A stretch of DNA of 64,000 bases, taken from NCBI GenBank assembly GCA_026713545.1, contig JAPOOG010000065.1, positions 8-64,007 on the forward strand, in the 5' to 3' direction. Origin of the DNA: Bryobacterales bacterium. Lineage in GTDB: Bacteria; Acidobacteriota; Terriglobia; Bryobacterales; UBA6623. The notes beneath the pieces were generated by a model. It worked only from the letters and a program-made list of their open reading frames with translations, did no database searches and was not told the DNA's origin. Shown one piece after another: positions 46,578 through 56,313 of the stretch. Every line of letters begins with the position of its first letter. The stretch's first letter is position 1. The translations under genes and the position numbers were made by a program.

Positions 46578-49500
46578 ATGATCCAACGCAATCGCCGTGG
46601 GCGCCGATGGCGGTGGGCGGCTGTCTTGGCCGCGGCCGGTTACCTGGCGGCGCAAGAAGCTCAGCCGCCCGATGTGACCGACCCGTCGGCCGGCGATGTC
46701 GTTTTTCGGACCGAGACCGCCTTGATGGAAGTCGAGGTCAGGGCGACGCTCCGGCGCGGCGAACTGGTGGAAGGTCTTACCCGCGAAGACTTCCAACTGT
46801 TCGAAAACGGCGACCCGCAACAGATCGTCAGTTTCGAGTATGTGGATTATCCGCGTGGTGAGGCGCTTGTGGCGCTCGGCCAGCGCTTGACTCAAGCCGC
46901 CAGCCTGGAATCCTCAGACCCGTCGCAGCTTTCCACGGCGCCTCCCCCCTCCGCTTCGCAGGAGTTGCGAATTTTGATTGTCACGCACATCAGCGAAGCG
47001 GAGCGGCTTCGTGTCCGTAAGTCCGTACGGAAGTTTATCGAGAACGACCTACCGGAACACGCACTCGTCTCGCTGAACGGCACGCCGTTCGTGTCAAACC
47101 GGGAGCTGCTGCTCGCCTTGATCGACAAGGCCGGACTGGTGGATTTGTTGTCGGGCACCAACTTCTCCGATATTCGTCCGCGGATGGTCGACAATTTCAA
47201 CTCGGGGTTGGCTGCGGCACGAGGGGACTGGAACGCACTGCTCCGCGGAGTGGACCCGACCACGCCCACGCAACTCTTCAACATGTTTGACGACCATCTG
47301 AGCCGTATTCGCACGCGGCGTTACGTGGACCTCATACGCGATCTGAGCATTTATCCCGGCAAGAAGATGATCGTGCTGTTTTCTCGCGGACAGTCGATGG
47401 GTTTCGACACGTTTCAGCAAAGATTCATGGGCGCTCAGGACGCCGACCTGCTCGAGCGTCTGAGAGGGGAGTCGATGCGGGCGCGGATCAGCCTCTACGC
47501 TGTGGATGCGAGGGGTCTCGAAGTCGGCAATGTGTCGGCGGAGAACCTTTTCGGGATGGACGGCGAGACGATTTTTTCGCCGACGCAGATTAGCTTGGGA
47601 GTTCTAAATTTTGTTCAGGGCCAAGCACCGATAACCTCCGGCCTGAACGACAGATACCGAGCCACCCAGCAGGGCCTGCAGGTGCTGGCTGAAATGACTG
47701 ACGGCGTGGCGGTCACGAACTCGAATGATCTCGGCGAGATCTTCGACCACGTCAGGAAAGACCTGGGCGGCTACTACCTGATTGGATACTCGCCGCCGAA
47801 ACGCAATGACACGAGCAGGATGCGCTCGGTGAAGATCGTGGTCAATCGTCCCGAGGTCAAGCTGAGATATCGCAAGGGCTTCTACGACAACGAGGAGTTT
47901 CGACGAGCGTTGGCGGAAGAACAGAGAAAGCGTCTCGAGGAGTTGCTGGGGCCGTCGCCGAGCACGACAACGGACAACGCCCCTCTTTCTTCGCTGACGC
48001 TCTACAAGACGGCCTTCGGGGCGCTGGCGTCCGACTCGCCGAATTATGTCCAGGCGGCCGAAAATCTTCAGCGCGCGGTGGGGCAGTATCCCCAGTTTGC
48101 CGTGGCGTGGAATGTGCTGGGGTACTCGCGGGAGCAGTTGGGCGACGAGCAGGCGGCGCGGGAAGCCTATGAGAAAGCCGCGCAAGCGGATTCGGACTAT
48201 CTGCAGCCGCAAGCTCACCTCGCACGGCTCGACATCCGGAACCAGCAGTGGGATTCGGCGAAACGCCGCTCGGAGGCCATTCTCGGCGTTGATGAAAACA
48301 GGGCGGAAGCATGGTTCTATCTCGCTACGGCCGAATACAACCTGGGCGATCTCGATGCCGCGCGGCAAGCCGCCGAAACGGTTGCCGAGGACCCGCAAGT
48401 GGAGAACTACGCGGAGGTTTTTCAACTTCTCGGACGGGTGCGCACTCGCGAGGGTGACTACGCGGGGGCGACCGAGGCCTATCGAAGCTATCTGAAAGCT
48501 CGTCCCGGTGCTGTAGACCGGGATCTCGTCGAGGAGCGGATCAGCGCACTCGAAACCGCCGAAGACGTCGAGAAGATCAACACGGCGGTAGAGGAGGCGG
48601 ATTGGGCGACCGTGGTCGAGTTGGGCGAGCAGTTGGCCGAGGTGGATGACGAATCAGGGTTGGGGCTCTACTTTGCCGCGATGGCGCATCTTCAACTCAA
48701 CGACGACGGCGCGGCCCGCGCGGCAGCGGAAACCGTTCTCCGCCGCGAAGACAGCGAACGTTTCCCCGGCGTGCACCGCATGCTCGGCACGTTGTATGCG
48801 CGAGATGGCGCCTTCGAAGCGGCCGCGGGGCACTACCGCGAGTTTATCGCCAAGGTCCCCGACGCGCCCGATTTGGCGAAGCTGCAAGAGCAACTCGCCG
48901 ACTGGGAGAAGCTTCGCCGTTTCGAGGACCGCAGAAATCCCGTTGTCCGCGTTATCAACCCCACAGGCAGGACGGCCGTGACCGTCGTGCGGGGTCCGCT
49001 CCGAATAGCCGCCGACAGTTCCGACCGTCCGATGCGGCAGGGCGATGTCGTCATGACTCAGGAGCCGGGCTTGACCGTCATCGAAAGTGTGGCGAAGGAC
49101 GCGCGCATCAACCTCGCGTTGGAGTTGCCCTATGGCCTCGATTTCGAAAGCAGGAGCGAAAGCGGCGGCATCTCGATCGAAGGCATGGTGATTTCTGGAA
49201 AAGTCGAGACCCGAAGCGGCGCTATCGACATCGCGGCGCCATGGAAAGCGATGCGCCTGGACGCCAATTTGCAGGAAAAACCGCCGGCATTCGCTTTGCC
49301 GGAGGGCGGCTTGCTGGAGGCCGTTCCGGCGGACGGCGCTACGGCCCTCGCGGTGAGAGACACGCAGAGCCAACGCGAGAACACCTACGGGCGAGTCGAA
49401 GTGGAGGCGGCAGATCCGAAAAGCGTTGTCTTCCGCAACATGGATATACCCGCGGACTCGGTCGTGAAGATGCCCTGGCAAGCGCCCGGGATTCTCGACG

Positions 49501-50531
49501 CGATTCTCAGCGGAGAGCCGCTGAGCGCGCAGCCCCCGGATGATGGCCCGAGTCTGCGCAGAGCCGAGGGCCTGGCGGAGGACACGGTTCGATTCTCGTC
49601 CGACGTCAGAATGGTGAACCTGTCGGTTTCCGTCACCGATGAGGAAGGGATGCCGGTCACGGACCTCGATGAATCGGGTTTCGAGGTAGTCGAGGCAGGT
49701 GTGGCGCAGCAGTTGGTGTCGGTGACGACCGGAGATGCCCCCTTCAACATGGTCGTATTGCTCGACATGAGCGCCAGTACTGTTGAGGAACGCGCCGGCA
49801 TGAAACTGGTCGCGCGGCGGTTTGTGGCGTCGGCGCGCCCCGAGGATCGGATTGCGGTCTATACGCTCGGCAACGAGCTGTTCACGGTGGTATCGCCCCT
49901 CACTTCGGACCGCGGTGACTTGGCGCAGCGGATCGACGCCCTGCCGCCCATGTCGGGTGGCTCGCCGCTCTATGATTCGATCGTGCTGGCGTACAACGAG
50001 GAGCTTCGCGCCAGAGCCGGACAGCGGAATGCGTTGGTGATCATCAGCGACGGTGTCGACAATCAGCTCGGCACGCTGCTGTACAAGCCGATTCCCGAGA
50101 ACAAGAAGAAGAACAAGCGCTGGCTGGAATATCAGGAACGGGCGGACCAGGCCCGGCGCAACCTGCTGGCCGCCGCCTCGGAGATCGACTTCGGAAACCT
50201 GCGTCAGGCCGCGGGGCGGATCGAGACGCTGATCTATCCTTTCCTGGTCCGTCACGGTTCCTCGGAACATCGATCCCGCCGCCCGGTGGAAGAAGCCGCG
50301 AAGAACAATATGGAGGAGCTGGCGGCGGCCTCGGGCGGCAGGGTGTTTTATGCGGCGCCGGATGATCGACTCGACCCCTTCCGCGAAGTGACCCGGGAGT
50401 TGCGAAGCGTTTACACGTTGGCGTACTATCCGAAGAATCAGGAGTTCGATGGAGCTTGGCGGCCCGTCCAAGTGCGGGTGAACAAGCCAGGGGTGACGGT
50501 TCGCACGCGCAAGGGGTATGTGGCGCGCTAG
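46578..50531 (+). CDS. giant exported protein: VWFA-related (acidobacterial-type) module, TPR region, second VWFA-related module
   Basis: 1317 aa. Both modules open with the same pattern: 'VVFRTETALMEVEVRATLRRGELVEGLTREDFQLFENGDPQQIVSFE' and 'VRFSSDVRMVNLSVSVTDEEGMPVTDLDESGFEVVEAGVAQQLVSV'. The second has a MIDAS-like 'LLDMSAS'. The central ~400 aa are TPR-like. The family-typical end is 'YTLAYYPKN...RTRKGYVAR'. Confidence 0.75.
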   Translation: MIQRNRRGRRWRWAAVLAAAGYLAAQEAQPPDVTDPSAGDVVFRTETALMEVEVRATLRRGELVEGLTREDFQLFENGDPQQIVSFEYVDYPRGEALVALGQRLTQAASLESSDPSQLSTAPPPSASQELRILIVTHISEAERLRVRKSVRKFIENDLPEHALVSLNGTPFVSNRELLLALIDKAGLVDLLSGTNFSDIRPRMVDNFNSGLAAARGDWNALLRGVDPTTPTQLFNMFDDHLSRIRTRRYVDLIRDLSIYPGKKMIVLFSRGQSMGFDTFQQRFMGAQDADLLERLRGESMRARISLYAVDARGLEVGNVSAENLFGMDGETIFSPTQISLGVLNFVQGQAPITSGLNDRYRATQQGLQVLAEMTDGVAVTNSNDLGEIFDHVRKDLGGYYLIGYSPPKRNDTSRMRSVKIVVNRPEVKLRYRKGFYDNEEFRRALAEEQRKRLEELLGPSPSTTTDNAPLSSLTLYKTAFGALASDSPNYVQAAENLQRAVGQYPQFAVAWNVLGYSREQLGDEQAAREAYEKAAQADSDYLQPQAHLARLDIRNQQWDSAKRRSEAILGVDENRAEAWFYLATAEYNLGDLDAARQAAETVAEDPQVENYAEVFQLLGRVRTREGDYAGATEAYRSYLKARPGAVDRDLVEERISALETAEDVEKINTAVEEADWATVVELGEQLAEVDDESGLGLYFAAMAHLQLNDDGAARAAAETVLRREDSERFPGVHRMLGTLYARDGAFEAAAGHYREFIAKVPDAPDLAKLQEQLADWEKLRRFEDRRNPVVRVINPTGRTAVTVVRGPLRIAADSSDRPMRQGDVVMTQEPGLTVIESVAKDARINLALELPYGLDFESRSESGGISIEGMVISGKVETRSGAIDIAAPWKAMRLDANLQEKPPAFALPEGGLLEAVPADGATALAVRDTQSQRENTYGRVEVEAADPKSVVFRNMDIPADSVVKMPWQAPGILDAILSGEPLSAQPPDDGPSLRRAEGLAEDTVRFSSDVRMVNLSVSVTDEEGMPVTDLDESGFEVVEAGVAQQLVSVTTGDAPFNMVVLLDMSASTVEERAGMKLVARRFVASARPEDRIAVYTLGNELFTVVSPLTSDRGDLAQRIDALPPMSGGSPLYDSIVLAYNEELRARAGQRNALVIISDGVDNQLGTLLYKPIPENKKKNKRWLEYQERADQARRNLLAAASEIDFGNLRQAAGRIETLIYPFLVRHGSSEHRSRRPVEEAAKNNMEELAAASGGRVFYAAPDDRLDPFREVTRELRSVYTLAYYPKNQEFDGAWRPVQVRVNKPGVTVRTRKGYVAR

Positions 50532-50623
50532 CAGATATCGTTTACTCGACCCCTCCGGGACTCAACCACTGGCAACCGGCCTCCTTGCCTCGCCATCGGC
50601 GCGGCGGAGAGGTGCTCGCCCGA

Positions 50624-51463
50624 TTACTGGGCCGCGGCCCCCAGTTCATACAGCGCCGGGTCGATGGGCTGGTTGTGAACCACGTTTTTGAACGCGAATT
50701 CCCACTCGGCGACAATCCCGCTTCTGCTGTTGTAGTGGATCTTCCAACGCGTGGGCAACGTCAGTCCGTCGACTTCCTGGAAGTTCGAGAACGTCTCGGT
50801 AATCGTCGTGGTTGCAGCGCGGCCGTACACTGCGTTGCTATACCGGGTCAACACGTGACGGTAGGTGTCGGGTTCGAAAAAGAGCTGAATCTTCTCGGGG
50901 CCGCCGCCCTTGCGAGCCTTGTAGTCAAGGCAATGCAATCGACGACCCTCGACTTTCCTGAGGCCCGCGTATTTGAGCTTGGCGCCACTTGCCTCCGGGT
51001 GTAGCAGAGTCCACGCCGTTGACGTCACGCCTCCCAGAAGACCTTCGCGTAACACTGTTTTGTTGGTCATGCAATACTCGCCGAGCGGCGAACGACCGCC
51101 CGGGAAGCCTTGGAAGATGCGCACATTCTTGCCGTTATAGATGAGGTGCTCGCCGTAGTACGTCGGGTTGCCGTCAGTGTCAAAGCGCAAGCTGATCGAG
51201 TCGCCGTCCGAAGCCTCGAACACGGTACCGGGCAGCCGGGCGTGGCCTCCCTGGAAGACTCTCCACACGCCTTCTCCGCGGAACACGCGCGACTTCATGC
51301 CGCTCCGTGCGTCGGCGGGACCGATAGCGTCAAGGTGAAGGCTGACGAGCTGTCCAGGCGTCATTTTCTCCGTCGCGCAGAGTGGTGAGAGCTCTAAACC
51401 GGCGAAAACAAGAGCGATGACCGCTACCAGGATCGTCTTGCGGCTCATTGCGCACATTGGCAT
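50624..51463 (-). CDS. exported hypothetical protein, paralogue 1 (LolA-like fold is only a guess)
   Basis: 279 aa with a signal peptide. It is ~80% identical over most of its length to the 51815..52708 product (by eye). Confidence 0.6.
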   Translation of the reverse strand: MPMCAMSRKTILVAVIALVFAGLELSPLCATEKMTPGQLVSLHLDAIGPADARSGMKSRVFRGEGVWRVFQGGHARLPGTVFEASDGDSISLRFDTDGNPTYYGEHLIYNGKNVRIFQGFPGGRSPLGEYCMTNKTVLREGLLGGVTSTAWTLLHPEASGAKLKYAGLRKVEGRRLHCLDYKARKGGGPEKIQLFFEPDTYRHVLTRYSNAVYGRAATTTITETFSNFQEVDGLTLPTRWKIHYNSRSGIVAEWEFAFKNVVHNQPIDPALYELGAAAQ

Positions 51464-51552
51464 GACGACATCCCGTCAGAAACGCTCTGCATTGTGGACA
51501 TGAACGTAGTTCTTGTCAAACCTGCTCCGTGAGAAGCAGCACACCTTGCCAA

Positions 51553-51723
51553 ATGATCAACACGACCCTTTCCGCGAAAGTGCCCCGGGAGCTGCGAAGC
51601 GTTTACACGTTGGCTTACTATCCGAAGAATCAGGAGTTCGATGGGGCTTGGCGACCCGTCCAAGTGCGGGTGAACAGGCCGGGGCTGACGGTTCGCACGC
51701 GCAAGGGGTATGTGGCGCGCTAG
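51553..51723 (+). pseudogene. relic duplicate of the 3' end of the VWA-TPR-VWA gene
   Basis: It encodes '...RELRSVYTLAYYPKNQEFDGAWRPVQVRVNRPGLTVRTRKGYVAR*'. There are 7 mismatches in the last 137 nt versus 50395-50531. A +1 indel relative to the parent lies near 51572, and no upstream gene body is present. Confidence 0.7.
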
Positions 51724-51814
51724 CAGATATCGTTTACTCGACCAATACTGGACCAACCGCGGGCAACCGGCCCGCTTGCCTCGCCATCGGCGCGGCGGAG
51801 ACGTGCTCGCCCGA

Positions 51815-52708
51815 TTACTGGGCCGCGGCCCCCAGTTCATACAGCGACGGGTCGATGGGTTGGTTGTGAACCGCGTTGTTGAACGCGAACTCCCACTCGG
51901 CGACCATCGAGCCCGGACCGCCACCTTGATTCGAGCGGTTGTAGTGGATCTTCCAACGCGCGGGCAACATGAGGCCGTCGATATCCTGGAAGTTCGAGAA
52001 GGTTTCGGTGAGCGTAATGTAGGTGTTCTGCACGCCAGCCGATGCATCGGGATTGGCGCCTATGCCTCCGGGCACTTCGTAGCGATATTGGGTCTGCACA
52101 TGACGGTAGGTGTCGGGTTCGAAGAAGAGCTGAACCTTCGCGGGGCCGCCGCCCTTGCGGGGCTTGTAGTCGAGACGGTGCAATTGACGGTTCTCGATTT
52201 TCTTGAGGCCCGCGTATTTCAGCTTGGCGCCCCTTGCCTCCAGGTGCAGCAGCGGCCAGGCCGTTGACGTCACGCCGCCCAGAAGACCTTCGCGCAACAG
52301 CGCCTTGTTGTTCATGCAGAACTCGCCGAGCGGTGAGCGTCCGGCTTGGAAGCCTTGGAAGATGCGCATATCCTTGCCGTCATAGACGAGGTGCTCGCCG
52401 TAGTACGTCGGGTTGCCGCGAGTGTCAAAACGCACGCTGATCGAGTTGCCGTCGGAAGCCTCGTAGACGGCGCCGGGCAGTTGGGCGCGGCCCCCCAGCA
52501 AGACTCGCCACACTCCTTCTCCGCGGAACAAGCGCGACTTCATGCCGCTCCGTGCGTCGGCGGGGCCGATGGCGTCAAGATGAAGGCTGACGAGCTCTTC
52601 CGGCTTCATTTTCTTCGCCGCGGAGAGGGGTGAGAACCCGATGCCGGCATAACCGACAGCGATAGCTGCAACCAGGATTGTCTTGCAGATCATTGCGGAC
52701 AGTGACAT
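51815..52708 (-). CDS. exported hypothetical protein, paralogue 2
   Basis: 297 aa with a signal peptide. It is a paralogue of 50624..51463 with an 18-aa insertion region ('GGIGANPDASAGVQ...'). Confidence 0.6.
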   Translation of the reverse strand: MSLSAMICKTILVAAIAVGYAGIGFSPLSAAKKMKPEELVSLHLDAIGPADARSGMKSRLFRGEGVWRVLLGGRAQLPGAVYEASDGNSISVRFDTRGNPTYYGEHLVYDGKDMRIFQGFQAGRSPLGEFCMNNKALLREGLLGGVTSTAWPLLHLEARGAKLKYAGLKKIENRQLHRLDYKPRKGGGPAKVQLFFEPDTYRHVQTQYRYEVPGGIGANPDASAGVQNTYITLTETFSNFQDIDGLMLPARWKIHYNRSNQGGGPGSMVAEWEFAFNNAVHNQPIDPSLYELGAAAQ

Positions 52709-52848
52709 GACAACCTCCCGTGAAAGACGCTCGCATTGTGGACCTGTGCGTAACTTTTGTCAACCCGGCTCCGTAAGCGGAAGCACGCCTTCTGGAACCC
52801 TCGAGGCCGGCCCGCTACACTTGTGTCATACCGCAACGACGTCGACGC

Positions 52849-53754
52849 TTGCCGCGTCGCACATTCGGGGGTGTCGTGACGAAGACGGGCTCAGGAACGG
52901 ACGGTTTGCGGCTAGGCTCGTATTCGCAACGGGCAGATTACGGGACGACCCGGCGGCGAGTGATTGCCCTGGCGCCGGCGGCCTTCGCGTTATGTCAGGT
53001 ACTTAAGGCGGAAAGCCGGCAGGAGCGCGGGCGTCGCTTGCTCGAAGAATGCATCGGGGCGTTGGGAGGCGAGCGTTTCTTGAAGATTCGCGACGTGGTG
53101 CGGTCGGGCCGCGCCTATGCCTTCTATCGGGCGAACGTCCGGGGTCTGGCAAGAATCACCATTTATGAGAATTTCGGCCCCCTTAAGGACGACCCCGAAC
53201 CGGACTGGCTGCCCGTAAGCCGGCGCGAAGTCTATACGGAAAAGGGAGACTATTACAACCTCTTCGAGCACGGACAAGGGTGGGAAGTCACGTTCCGTGG
53301 AGCCAGGCCACTGCCCAAAGAGCGGATGATTCGGTACCGCGAATCGACCCTCCGCGACATCTTCTACTTTCTGCGATACCGGTTCGATGAACCGGACATG
53401 TACTATTACCACCGCGGAACGGAGATCATCGACAATGTTCCGACCGACGCCATCGACGTGACCGACAGCCTTGGAGAGGGCGTCACGTACTTCCTCCGTC
53501 AATCCGATCGGCTGCCGGTGCAGCAGGTCTATCAGCGCCGCGACCCCAAGACGAGAATCCCCTCCGAAGAGAAATCGGCTTTCTCGAAATACCGCGAAGT
53601 CTCCGGAGTGATTCTGCCGTGGAACATCCGCCGGGAAGTGGACGGCGAGAAGGCCTTTGAGCTTTTTGGGCGAACCGCGGAGGTGAATCCCCGACTGGAT
53701 GCCTCGACGTACACGCTGGACAAGCGACTCAACCTGCTGCCGGAAAGCCCTTAG
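52849..53754 (+). CDS. hypothetical (probably exported) protein
   Basis: 301-aa ORF with coding-like composition. A possible later start precedes 'VIALAPAAFALC'. No family recognised. Confidence 0.45.
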   Translation: MPRRTFGGVVTKTGSGTDGLRLGSYSQRADYGTTRRRVIALAPAAFALCQVLKAESRQERGRRLLEECIGALGGERFLKIRDVVRSGRAYAFYRANVRGLARITIYENFGPLKDDPEPDWLPVSRREVYTEKGDYYNLFEHGQGWEVTFRGARPLPKERMIRYRESTLRDIFYFLRYRFDEPDMYYYHRGTEIIDNVPTDAIDVTDSLGEGVTYFLRQSDRLPVQQVYQRRDPKTRIPSEEKSAFSKYREVSGVILPWNIRREVDGEKAFELFGRTAEVNPRLDASTYTLDKRLNLLPESP

Positions 53755-53859
53755 CCGGGATTCGAACGACATGCGGCCGCCACGGCCCGTTGCCAGCCCA
53801 GTTGCGTGTCATGAACCACTCTGCCCCGGACGAGACCTTCATGCGCGGCTGAATCCGCC

Positions 53860-53919
53860 CTGCATTTTTCATCATCTGCCAGTCCTCTCACGCACTTCCC
53901 CTTGCCGCAGCCCGTACAG
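53860..53919 (-). repeat. possible miniature or degenerate derivative of the type-1 repeat, copy F
   Basis: It contains CTGCATTTTT at one end, the 15-mer CCTCTCACGCACTTC (53884-53898, shared with copy A 15496-15510), and ...GTACAG at the other end. Confidence 0.35.
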
Positions 53920-53991
53920 CAGGGGGGACCCTTTGATTCGCTCAGCCATGCGATACAAGCAGAATCGGCCGTCGCCGCGCGCCGCGCTACA

Positions 53992-54765
53992 ATGGGCTCT
54001 TTTCCGAGAGGTATCCCTGTGCCTATTCCGCAGCTTTCCGAGAGTGATCTCAAGCTCCTCGGCCAATACGACACGCCAACGATCTGCAACGTCATTGAAG
54101 TCTTCAAGGTTCGTGCGCAGACCAGCGGATACATGGACGGCCGCATCCGCGCCTGCTTCCCCGAGTTGCCGCCGATGGTGGGGTATGCATCGACGGCGAC
54201 CTTCCGGTCGGCTGCCGCTCCGCGAGCCGCCACGGACTACGCCGGACTCGAGCAGCAGGTCGAAGAGTTCGCCAACCTGCCGCAGCCGGCAGTCGTGGTG
54301 ATTCAAGATCTGGACAGCCCGCCGGTAGCCGCCACGTTTGGGGAAGTGATGACGACCATTTACAAGGGTTTCGGAGCGGCGGGACTGATCACGAGCGGCG
54401 CCGCCCGTGACCTCGAACAAGTGGGGGCGCTGGGCTTCCCTTGTTTCAGTGACGGCGTGATCTGCTCACATGGGTATCCGCAACTGCTCGACTTGGGAGT
54501 GTCGGTGAACGTGGGCGGGATCACGATTCAACCGGGGGACCTCTTGCACGGCGACGCGAATGGAGTGACGACGATCCCGCATGAGATCGCCTCGGATGTC
54601 GCCCATGCCTGCGAGGAGTTCGCGGCGGCGGAACAGGTCGTGCTCGACTACATCAAGGCCGGGGATGTGACTCCCGGCGGGCTGAAAGAGGCCCGCGGCG
54701 AGTGCGTCCGCATGATCAAAGCCCTGGGAGATCGCGTTCGCGCCAAAATGTCGACGACGGCCTGA
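53992..54765 (+). CDS. RraA-family protein (aldolase / RNase E-inhibitor-like fold)
   Basis: 'YDTPTICNVIE', 'VVVIQDLDSPPVAATFGEVMT', 'GLITSGAARDLEQV', 'LLHGDANGVTTIP'. Confidence 0.7.
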   Translation: MGSFPRGIPVPIPQLSESDLKLLGQYDTPTICNVIEVFKVRAQTSGYMDGRIRACFPELPPMVGYASTATFRSAAAPRAATDYAGLEQQVEEFANLPQPAVVVIQDLDSPPVAATFGEVMTTIYKGFGAAGLITSGAARDLEQVGALGFPCFSDGVICSHGYPQLLDLGVSVNVGGITIQPGDLLHGDANGVTTIPHEIASDVAHACEEFAAAEQVVLDYIKAGDVTPGGLKEARGECVRMIKALGDRVRAKMSTTA

Positions 54766-54821
54766 CACGGCCGGTGAGCGATGCCGGGGCTTGCTCTGTC
54801 CCGGCCTGCCCCCGCGCCTTC

Positions 54822-55925
54822 TTATGCGGGAAAAGTGCTTGTCTCGACTAGGTGGGGCAGCGATCTCTCCGGGTGGAACGCGACGCCGTGTCCGGGCGTT
54901 TCCGGTGGGTAGGCATAGCCGTTTTCGATGCTAAGCGGCTCCTCGACGAAGCGGTTTAGGAACGGGATGTGTTCCACCCAGAGCGCGTTCGGCGCCGCGC
55001 AGGTGGTGTGGATGTGCAATTCCATCAGGAAGTGCGGAGATACATTCACGTTGAAGCTGTGAGCCATATGGGCAATGCGCATCCACTCGGTGATGCCGCC
55101 GACGCGGCCGATATCCGGCTGTAGGATCGAGGCTGCGTCCCGAGCGAGGTATTCCTTGAAGACGTGCCGGTTGTACAGGCTCTCTCCCAAGGCGATCGGA
55201 ATCGGCGTGCTGCGTCTGAGCTTTTCGTGACCGAGCACGTCGTCGGCCTCGATGGGCTCTTCCAACCAGAACAGGTCGAACTCCTCGAACAGCCGGGCCC
55301 TTGCGATAGCTTCGGCGGCGGTCCAACGCAGGTTCGCGTCGGTCATCAGCTTGATGTCATCACCGATTTCTCTTCGCACCGCCCGTAGGCGGGCGGCATC
55401 CTCGAAGCGGCTCTCTTTTCCGACCTTGACCTTGACGCCCGTGTAGCCCTGTGCGACACGTTCGGAAGCCTCCCGTACAATTTCGTCCTGTGTGTGATTG
55501 AGCCAGCCCGAGTCGGTGTCGTAGACGGGCATGCGGTCTCGGCAGGCGCCCAACAGCTTGTAGAGCGGCAGTCCGGCGTGCTTGGCTTTGAGGTCCCAGA
55601 GCGCGATGTCGATGGGGGCCATCGCGAGCACAGCGATGCCGCCGCGGCCGACCCAGTGGGGAGCCCACCACATCTTTTCCCAGATCCTCTCGATGTCGGC
55701 AGGGTCCTCCCCGAGAACCAGCGGTGCAAGCTCCTCATCGAGGAAACCCTTCACGGCTCTGCCGCCGCGGCCGATTGTATAGCCGAAGCCCATCCCCGCG
55801 GTTCCCTCGTCGGTGTGCACGGTCGCGGAGATCACCTCCATGTGGGTGAACTCCTGGATGGCGTCGACGATCTTGCGATGTGCAGGGAAACGATAGAACG
55901 CGGTTTCGATACGGGTGATTTTCAT
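54822..55925 (-). CDS. enolase-superfamily enzyme (mandelate racemase / muconate lactonizing family, acid-sugar-dehydratase-like)
   Basis: 'MKITRIET...', 'TGVKVKVGK', 'LMTDANLRWT', 'LFWLEEP', 'IALGESL' mark the metal-ligand acidic positions. Confidence 0.8.
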   Translation of the reverse strand: MKITRIETAFYRFPAHRKIVDAIQEFTHMEVISATVHTDEGTAGMGFGYTIGRGGRAVKGFLDEELAPLVLGEDPADIERIWEKMWWAPHWVGRGGIAVLAMAPIDIALWDLKAKHAGLPLYKLLGACRDRMPVYDTDSGWLNHTQDEIVREASERVAQGYTGVKVKVGKESRFEDAARLRAVRREIGDDIKLMTDANLRWTAAEAIARARLFEEFDLFWLEEPIEADDVLGHEKLRRSTPIPIALGESLYNRHVFKEYLARDAASILQPDIGRVGGITEWMRIAHMAHSFNVNVSPHFLMELHIHTTCAAPNALWVEHIPFLNRFVEEPLSIENGYAYPPETPGHGVAFHPERSLPHLVETSTFPA

Positions 55926-56121
55926 GAAGGCTCAGCGCGGCAAAAAGGGAAGGACGGCGGATTTGCGCATGGTGGCATTGCAGGCCGCGCCCAGGCGTTC
56001 CAGTCGCTCAGCGAGCAGCGTAGCACACGCCCGATGTGCTTGAGCCGACCGCCGTCTCGAGTGTTCTCAGTGATTCGGGTTAGCGCTGCATCACGCTACA
56101 ATGCGCTCGGAGGTGCAAGAT

Positions 56122-56313
56122 ATGGCTACTGAATCTTACGAAGAACTCATAAAGATGTCCGAGCAACAATTGATCAAGCTCCACGACGCCCACGCTGCGT
56201 CAAAAGCGCCAACAGCGGACCACTACTTGGCGGAACTGCGTCATCGGGAACTGCGCGATATTCTGAAAGCATCAGGCGAAAGGCTGGAAGCCTTGTACTG
56301 GAAGCTTGAATAA
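56122..56313 (+). CDS. small helical hypothetical protein in an AT-richer patch
   Basis: 63 aa: 'MATESYEELIKMSEQQLIKLHDAHAASKAPTADHYLAELRHRELRDILKASGERLEALYWKLE'. No family recognised. Confidence 0.3.
   Translation: MATESYEELIKMSEQQLIKLHDAHAASKAPTADHYLAELRHRELRDILKASGERLEALYWKLE

Larger units (their letters stand above)
50362..52793. repeat. tandem segmental duplication, two units of ~1.19 and ~1.24 kb
   Basis: 50362-51552 aligns with 51553-52793 (offset 1191). Each unit holds the last ~57 codons of the VWA gene, a convergent spacer and one exported-protein paralogue. Confidence 0.85.

Noticed and set aside
51529-51723. 64-codon ORF (GTG 51529) as a stand-alone gene.
   Set aside because: It is the duplicated 3' end of the 46578-50531 gene with a frame change near its 5' end. 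There is no SD. It is best read as a relic of the tandem duplication.
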